Positions 8,176 through 15,727 of a stretch of DNA of 15,727 bases are shown in pieces. The notes below the pieces were generated by a model. It saw nothing but the letters and a program-made list of their open reading frames with translations. It did not search any database and was not told where the DNA came from. Position numbers and translations under genes: made by a program. This DNA is from Tubiluchus corallicola. Lineage: Eukaryota; Animalia; Priapulida. Position 1 is the first letter of the stretch. Every line of letters starts with the position of its first letter. The stretch spans positions 1 through 15,727 of the forward strand of contig JAQGDQ010001871.1 in the NCBI GenBank assembly GCA_030141605.1. The letters are read 5' to 3'.

Positions 8176-8208
8176 CTAACCCTAACGCAATCCTAACCCT
8201 AACCCTAA
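8176..8208 (+). repeat. Short degenerate telomere-type (CCCTAA)n tract
   Basis: ctaaccctaacgcaatcctaaccctaaccctaa: about five hexamers in register, two imperfect. Confidence 0.7.
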
Positions 8209-9762
8209 TTTAACAGGTTCTCTTTACTCTGCCTATTACATGCATTTAATACAGGTTAGTAAAGATTAGAAAAAACATTAGAATTTTTTCTCACGTAAAT
8301 TCACGGTATAGAAAAGAAGAAGTGAACGGAACAATAATTAATAATCTCTTGCTCGCAATCTTTCTCTCCTCTCTAAGTTCCAAGGCCTACCCATGACTGA
8401 AAGTCTTGAAAAAGATGCTTGTGACACAAAAAACTTGTAAGAGTTGCCTTTCTACTTCTTTTAGATCAGGTAGGAAGAGTGTTTTCCTTGTGATTTCAAA
8501 TTTGGCTGAAGAACTATTTTTGCACATCTTTGTTATGAATTTGTTTCTGAATGTCGAATTATTTATTAGAAATTAGAATTGAAATCTATTACAAGTGATT
8601 GGCGTCTGAAAGAAGATTATTCCGTTCGGCAAAAAAGACTCAACCAGCTTGTATCTTGAATTTATTGTATGCATGATCATATTTCGGACGACTGTGTAAT
8701 AACTATAAGTAATAATCAGATCAACCTAGGAAATAGATAACGATAGCCTGAACTCTGTGACATTGAAAGGGCTGTTAGCCTATATTGTTTCAGCTAGGGT
8801 TAACAATAACAGCTAGTTTGTAACCTAATACAACAGTACACCATTTCTGAGTTAAATAGCTAGTGGTCAAACTCCATTGTCCATGAGTGAAATTCGTGTA
8901 GCCAACTCCAACTAATTTAACGAATATTAATGACAGCCTAAGTATAGATTCAATTATTATTCTGGCAAAGCGAATAAATGACTTATCTACTGTTAAAATA
9001 CTAACAAATTACTGAATTTGTTCATACATGAAGTATGACACTAGCCCTCTAATCCCGCAAACTAAGTTCACTATTAGTCTAATATTTTTCATGATGCAGG
9101 GTATTATCGCCCAGTCACTAATGATCTGTAATTTTTAAATTACAAACTCGTTTGTTATGACTGTAGAAGGTTTTAGATAGTCGCTTTTCTTTTAACTCCA
9201 GACAAAATTTAGAACAAGAAGTGGTACTTAAGTATGTGCCCACGCGCTACCACTCTGCTTTTTTACTGGGAATAACCGAATGCATATATATTAAAATTAT
9301 TAAATTTGCAATTAATTTTTCGTGCAAATTTCACCGGAGGTTGCTTTGTGAAATTTTGATAAAAGTAAATGGAAATAAAATAGTTTTTGTAAAATGTGAA
9401 TAAACAACTCAGTGTATTTGATAGCCAGTGTATTTACTTCAGCAGTAATTTTTTGCGCAAGCTTTGCAAATCTATTTGCGTTTTGCGTTACTCTGTTAGA
9501 GTTTTCCTAAGTTTTTTCCTAATGTGTAGTCTAATTGGTATAGAATGTGTTACACGTTTAGGATAAAATTTGGTAGCATGAAGTATGAAGACAAGCTATC
9601 CAACAAGATTTAATAAAAAGCAAGATGGTGTCATGGGAAAGTAAGATTATAAAGAAGACATTGGATAAAAGAGTATGACCAGTGTACAAAAATACGAGTT
9701 TGCAAGGCTATGTTGTTTATAACAGAGTTTTAATTAACATAAATACGCTGAAGGAGCTAAAG

Positions 9763-10306
9763 ATGTTCAACTTTATTCAACTACATAAGAAAAATTGGGA
9801 ACAATTCAGGCTATCGCAAGCTACCCGCATATGTTTTCTACGTTTGTTATTAATTTTCGCTACTTGTCTCTTTATTTACAAGTTTGCGAGTTCATATCAC
9901 AAACACACGTCAACTGTTAAAAAAGGTATCATGGCACTGAAAGCGAGTAATTGCTCCGAATACCATATTATAAAAAAACACAGGAAAGAAATGCTGTTGT
10001 TTGTTGGCATCATAAGTGCACCTATTCACAGGGAACGACGGGATGCAATCCGATTGACGTGGATGAAATGGTGTCACAGTTTTGACGATGTCATCTGCAA
10101 GTTCTTTACTGACGAACAGGATCACTTCGGACGCCGATTAAGGGATGAATTGCTCAATCCTTTGATTACTGAAGCTATGTTACACTGTGCTAGCCGAGAC
10201 GCCCGGTGGATACAACTTCGGTAGGTGGCTCGCATGGATGATGCATTGGGCTTGGCGAAGATTTGAATTTTTTATTTTAGAAGGCGCCTGGGAAAGAGTT
10301 AAGTAA
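9763..10306 (+). pseudogene. GT31 family galactosyltransferase, 3'-truncated and frameshifted
   Basis: Mirror of 5424-5975 with an 8 bp deletion (aatgacac) after 10185 giving a stop at 10224. Same truncation point at ~10279. Confidence 0.85.
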
Positions 10307-12045
10307 ATAAAACAGAGTGTTTACACACTTGAATTTCAAAAGCCTGTATTCCACACCTGAGAAAGAGTTAAGCGAATAAGGCAGAGTGATTACACACTTG
10401 AATTTCAAGGCTGCATTCCACACCCGGGAAAGATTTAACAAAGAAAGCAGAGCAAATACAGGTAAGAGTAATAATAGCCTTTGCCACAACCGTCCATTGA
10501 AATTGACAAAATCTTTTCTACAAAGACGTGTGAAGCAATAGCTATTTTTCATTATTGCCTCAATATGTATTGCGTGTGTCTTAGTACCACTTTTTGCACA
10601 GGAGAAACTTTAAACTCGAAAATACCTACATTCTTTTAAATTCTTTGATAACTAATCGTGCAAGACAAAACATGCCGCGGTTTTCTACATGGACAAATTA
10701 TAACCCACCATAGCAGTTGTAGACAAATAACAGACATTCACCGAGAAGCAGTTCGTTAATTCAAGATGCTTGTTGCTATAACACGTGCGATAATGATTTC
10801 TTAATAGTGGCAGTTTTTAAATGATTCTAAATACATTCTTTATGTAAAATTTGCCATTTTTTGGCCTTGTATTAGTTTTTGGATTATTAAGTAATTGATT
10901 ACTTTTGAGTCGAATTACAAATTTTTACAAAGTAAACTTTTAAAAGAGTTTCCACGTACGAGCCTAATTTGCATAATTTATTAATTTATTTCCGAATTAT
11001 TTTGTTATCTAAAAATAGACCTAGATATTTGACATAACTAAGGTTCTGCTCACAATAGTGTCCTTTTGTTTTATCCCCGGTTTTTATTTTTATTGTTTTC
11101 ACCTTTTAGTTCCTTCAATGACTCACAAATACAGGAACATTGGGGGAGGAAAAGTTCTTGATAAAGCAAATCAAACGGTTGAACTTATATCTACACTGGC
11201 TGGCAACTCACCCCGCTAAAGGGTAAAAGCCGAAATTGAAGGTTTGGGAAACAAAAATTTTCACTGTGAAGCAGCAGCAGGTTCTAGTAAATCAAATGGA
11301 AAGTATAAATGATATAAATTGAGAGATTAATCCATCACTGCGTTATCTCAGTGCAGATAATAATTTTTGGAGTAGCTGATTTAATCATTGCTTTGCAGAG
11401 TGATGCAAACTGATGCAGTGCATTGTTTCTTTACCTAAATGAAATGTTTTCATTATTCAAAAACTCAATAATGCCCAGGAAACTCTGCAACAATTTGAGC
11501 AAATAAGTCACATGGATACATTCTTATGATGGTTAAACCTCGCGTGAAATGAGTTTTGAAGAAGTTTGCAAAAATATTTTTCAAAATCACGCCCAATAAA
11601 AGCACTTTCAAATTTAATATGTCTATGTTTGATGTAAACATGGATGAACACTTTACTTCCTTTGTGTTAAACTGTGAAAAAGTAATTTACCAGATTTCAG
11701 AATTCTTAAGTAAACTAGTCACACCATGTTTACTGTTTAAATACTGGAAAGAATGAGCTGAAAGACAGAGAATATTATCAATAGACTGGAGAAGATTTTT
11801 TTTTGGTTAAGCTGCTTCCCTGGAACTCCGGGTGAAAGAGTTAAGAAAAGATGCTAAACTAATATAGACAGGAATATCAATAGTCTGCAGAAGCTTTTTG
11901 TTCAGTTAAACTGCCACCCTGGAACTCATAGGGAAAGAGTTAAGAAGAGACGCTTAGCAAGTAGAGACAAGAATGTCAATAGAAAGCAGAAGCTTTTTGT
12001 TTAGCTAACCTCGGGAACCCCAGAGTAGTGAGTATGTTACACCTC

Positions 12046-12319
12046 TGGCCCATAGGCCACGCCCCCTTTGGCAGCCCGGGGGGTGGGGACAAAAACACCC
12101 CTAAAAAAGTGCGAAAATCCGCGAACACCCCTAAAAAAGTGAAGTGGCTCTATTGTTGTGCTAGTTAAGTGACCGATTTAAGGATTAGGAGTGACGGGTG
12201 GCCGATGGGCCGCGCCCCCCTCGGCTGCCAGGGGGTGGGAACAAAAATCGCCCCTAAAAAAAGTGAAGTGGGTCTATTGTTGTGCTAGTTAAGTGTCCGA
12301 TTTAAGGATTAGGAGTGAC
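12046..12319. repeat. Mirror copy of the terminal direct repeats
   Basis: Reverse complement of 3413-3685 with one substitution and one extra base in a G/C run. Confidence 0.9.
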
Positions 12320-13434
12320 TGTTGGAACTCCCGCATGCTTTGGGAGGGGGGTGTGCCCGGAGAGAACACCCCCGCCGCGGTAAATGCACTCGTGCATTCG
12401 AACCGGCAGACAGACGGGTGGGCGGGGCGAGGACACGCGCTGGCGCACTTGGCTCCACCCTAATTGTGCCTAATCCGGTAATCGACTCTCGCTGCCTAGC
12501 TGGCCACTAGCTAGATAATGGGGTCTTGATGTCGTAATTGACTTGCGTGCGCACGTGGCTATGCCAAAAGATTTCTCTACGTGCAGTGCACACTCACGTC
12601 GTTAAATGGTTAGAATGTTCTTTTATGCACGTCTAAGTTACCATACAATTTTTTAAAATTTTACCCTACCTTTATCCGAGATGGATGCTGCCAAAAAGCC
12701 TCCCTCGCTCTGTCCAATGCGGTCACATTAGCACGAACTCGCATCGTGCAACATACAGTCTACTTACACATCCTCGAGCACGATTGTTAGCACAGACCAC
12801 CCGTTAGCACGAATTGTTAGCACAGACCGGCCATTAGCACGAACATTAGCATGAACTCGCATCGTGCAACATACAGTCTACTCACACACACATCGCCGAG
12901 CACGATTGCTATACTAACTCACATCGCCGAGCATGTATAAACCCGCCGCGAATGCACTCATCGCATCTATGCTATTGCTTAATCCGGTAATTGACTCGAC
13001 TACCTAGCTAATGAGGGCTTAATCCGCTTATTGACTTGTGAGACACGACACCCGACTAGATAATTGATGTGTCTATTCGAGAGTGTGCATGGCTATTTAA
13101 GCGCGTGTATATGTTTTTTTAAAAAGCGCATTCGAATGTACAGCAAGCAGAATATAGGACAGCCGCCGTCTAGATAAGTGATAATTGAATGCCTGCGGCC
13201 TTCTAGTTTGCACGCATTTCAGCGAGTCAGTATTTTTTAGGTGAGGATATATATATAATCCCAAAACTCGCAAGTTGCATTAGCCACATTTTATTGAAAG
13301 ATTTCTTTTTTTGACAATAGGATATTTAAAATTTTACTTTTATCTAGACTAGATGTACTAAGAGAAAAAACTGAGGCGCTTTACTATTAGACTAAAATTG
13401 CCAGAGACTGAAGTGTATTTACTTTTTAAAATAT

Positions 13435-13878
13435 TCATTTATCTTTATCAAGGTGGGATGCTTTCCTCGGGTTGACAAAAACGATGTTGGGTGGGGGACC
13501 CATGCTCATTGATGACGCCGTTGTTGTTGTTGTTGCTGTCGATGTTGATGATGTTAGCGGTGGCGGCATATTGCTAGCAGACGCGACCCGAACGATGACA
13601 TTGCGGTGCTGTAATCTCGATGGTGGTGGCGGCGGTGGCGGTGGTGCCGGCGCCGGTGGCGCTGTTTTAGGTACAGCTGCTGTTCTAGTCATCATTCTAG
13701 CAGTGACGATCAGAAGGTGATGCAATCTCGGTGGTGGCAGCACTGTTGCTGCTGGTGGTGCTGTCGCAGTCATCTTGGTGCTAGGTACGACCTGGTCCTC
13801 GTCTTTGCGATCATCAACATCCTCGTTGTCAAAACCGTCATTGTCATCTCCATCATCATCATTATCCTCTTCCATCAT
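13435..13878 (-). CDS. ORF C, mirror copy
   Basis: Identical translation to the left copy. Confidence 0.55.
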   Translation of the reverse strand: MMEEDNDDDGDDNDGFDNEDVDDRKDEDQVVPSTKMTATAPPAATVLPPPRLHHLLIVTARMMTRTAAVPKTAPPAPAPPPPPPPPSRLQHRNVIVRVASASNMPPPLTSSTSTATTTTTASSMSMGPPPNIVFVNPRKASHLDKDK

Positions 13879-14717
13879 CACGTCGACTCGAATTGATCGA
13901 GATCAACGTCGTCGTCGTCGTCATCGCCAAAACCCTCGTCGCAATTAACATTGAGTATGCTAGCACCAGCAGCAGCAGTGCCAGTGGCAGCGCTACAGCT
14001 GGCGCCAACCTTGTCGGCAAACTCGATGCAACGTCTGCAAGAGCGCAACGTCTGATGAGAACCGAATGCTAATTGATCTTGATCGAATCTTAAAGCGTCA
14101 CACTCTTCCCTAGTGCGTTTGCGGGTACATTGGGATTTAATATAGTTTCTGACGCGCTCACCCATGAGTAGTCTAAATTGCAATGGTTCGAGGTATGTGT
14201 GGAAACCGTCACACGCAAATCCGCCGGGAGCATTAAATTCGTATATGAATACAATGCCATTCCAGATGGCTACCTTCATCGATAGACTAATGTCGAAAAA
14301 TGTACACCTGCCACTTGTCTCGAGCTCGTCAAGGGTGCGGTGACATAGCGTGTTGGATAAGATGGCGCTACCTAACATGCGCGCCTGTCCTGCCGCAGGC
14401 GAAATCCACATTCTGTGCTCTTCTTGTTTACCAATGATGTAATTGATACGGTCTTTTTTCAAAAATAGTTGTTCATACTCGTACGGCGTGAGCCTTACTT
14501 GTGGTAACGATGCTAAAGTTGAGTGCCCGATCACCTGTCTTTTGGCAATTGAAATTTTGGTGCGCAAAAGACCTCCTACTGAAACATAATTGCCCCTACC
14601 CAGATGAAACGTCAATCCTGATTCGAAAGGTGTCGGTTCTGCCACCAACGATGTCAGCGGACATTCTATTTCATTTATCGTTGTTACCCAGTGACGCGGT
14701 AAAAAATCCTCCTGCAT
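13878..14717 (-). CDS. ORF B, 279 aa PC4-like domain protein with a Cys/His cluster and acidic C-terminal tail
   Basis: FHLGRGNYVSV...KISI...VRLTPYEYEQLFLKKDRINYII aligns by eye with the PC4/Sub1 core as recalled (FQIGKMRYVSV...LIDI...[22 protein letters not shown]). It also has H-x5-C-x2-C and a DDDDDDVDLDQF tail. Confidence 0.75.
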   Translation of the reverse strand: MQEDFLPRHWVTTINEIECPLTSLVAEPTPFESGLTFHLGRGNYVSVGGLLRTKISIAKRQVIGHSTLASLPQVRLTPYEYEQLFLKKDRINYIIGKQEEHRMWISPAAGQARMLGSAILSNTLCHRTLDELETSGRCTFFDISLSMKVAIWNGIVFIYEFNAPGGFACDGFHTYLEPLQFRLLMGERVRNYIKSQCTRKRTREECDALRFDQDQLAFGSHQTLRSCRRCIEFADKVGASCSAATGTAAAGASILNVNCDEGFGDDDDDDVDLDQFEST

Positions 14718-14938
14718 TTTTCTAATGACAAAACAATTTTGTGATCTATATTTGAATTAAATATTTCCAACGTTGTTTGAAAAAATTTCTCTCTTTTTTG
14801 CAATAAAATGCGAGTATTTGTACCCAGGCAATCACAATTTGCGTGAACCGTAAACGTATTCGATAATTGCCAATGATAGGGGCCCAAAAATCTCTCATCA
14901 GTCGTGTGCGCATCCATGCCCCCAAACAGAGATGCCAT
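14684..14938 (-). CDS. ORF A, mirror copy
   Basis: Same protein from MASLFGG onward as 794-1048. Confidence 0.5.
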   Translation of the reverse strand: MASLFGGMDAHTTDERFLGPYHWQLSNTFTVHANCDCLGTNTRILLQKREKFFQTTLEIFNSNIDHKIVLSLEKCRRIFYRVTG

Positions 14939-15071
14939 TATATTTTTTTCTAAATCCATTAAGCTTATCCATTCTATGAGAGTAAGCACAAATTGTACAC
15001 CCATCAGAATGCCACCCACTAACAGCAACACATCGTCGTCGCGTGTCTGAACAATGGAGCCACCACCCCTT

Positions 15072-15245
15072 GCCAGGTGAATCTGCAAGTTAAAAGGGAG
15101 ACATTGATAGCTCACTTCTTTTATATTCACCGAAAAATATATACGTTACAAAAGAAAGGCCAGGTGAATCTGCAAGTTAAAGGGAGACAATGATCGCTAA
15201 ACGCTTTTATATTTACCGAAAAATATATACGTTAGAAAAAGAAAG
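15072..15245 (-). promoter_or_regulatory. Mirror copy of the 2 x 87 bp TATA-containing duplication
   Basis: Reverse complement of 487-660. Confidence 0.65.
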
Positions 15246-15727
15246 AACTCTTTTATTTGAAAAAAATCGCAAACGTCCCCCACTTAAATTGGAATTAGAA
15301 AGGGTTTTTTCTCACTCAAATAAGGTCTAATCTCATAAGTGCACCTCATTATTTCCAAGTTTTTTCTAAAGAAATCTATTAGTTATGATTGTGCGGAAAT
15401 TAAAATAAGTTTTGCTGATCCGACGAGCTCTAAACTAGCGGTAAATCTTTCAATTATCTCCCATCATCATTATCATAATTATCCCATCATCTTGGTGTAG
15501 TGAAAATTTTTTCCGACGGAATTGAAAATGAAAGAAGTCTTTTCATTAGCAATTCAGATTTAGAAAGTTTTTCGAGGAAGATTAACCAAACATTTGTGAA
15601 TAAGAGAAAATGACTTTGTGGCTCATTGACTGACTTAATTCGAGCAGGTTTGTGGGTCAGCCCTGCACCTTCGCTCGCATATAAGCCACTTGAGCTTGCA
15701 GGCAAATCTATCAGTCACATGCTGTGT

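Larger units (their letters stand above)
8943..15727 (-). repeat. Right arm of ~6.8 kb inverted repeat
   Basis: Begins tatagattcaattatta at 8943, the reverse complement of 6781-6797, and stays colinear with the left arm to the window end with a few small indels. Confidence 0.98.
12024..15727. mobile_element. Terminal portion of the same putative Polinton/Maverick-like element, right copy
   Basis: Starts agtagtgagtatgttacacc at 12024 and mirrors 4-3707 with the identical flanking junction. Confidence 0.6.

Noticed and set aside
3708-12023. Central region as a Polinton bounded by the two AGTAGT motifs
   Set aside because: Orientation is wrong: 5'-AGTAGT reads outward into the arms, so the centre lies outside both element copies.

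Overview
Eukaryotic, probably invertebrate, DNA organised as one giant interrupted palindrome: a left arm (4-6797) and a right arm (8943-15727) around a unique ~2.1 kb spacer. From the outside in, each arm carries three segments. (1) The end of a virus-like DNA element, most consistent with a Polinton/Maverick. It has a duplicated TATA promoter, three overlapping intronless ORFs with a clear PC4-like ssDNA-binding domain plus acidic and Pro-rich tails, subterminal repeats, GC hairpins and a 5'-AGTAGT terminus facing inward at ~3707/12024. (2) About 1.7 kb of AT-rich host-like DNA bounded by short tandem repeats. (3) A GT31 (B3GALT6-like) glycosyltransferase truncated just before its DxD motif, with its upstream DNA. 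The spacer holds a ~1 kb degenerate 12/18-bp minisatellite and a few telomere-type CCCTAA repeats. The arms are not identical. By eye the divergence is stepped (~1% outer, ~0.2% middle, ~3% inner), and each arm has a private lesion in a different gene. All family calls are by motif recognition without database searches. A head-to-head misjoin of two haplotypes cannot be excluded from this sequence alone.
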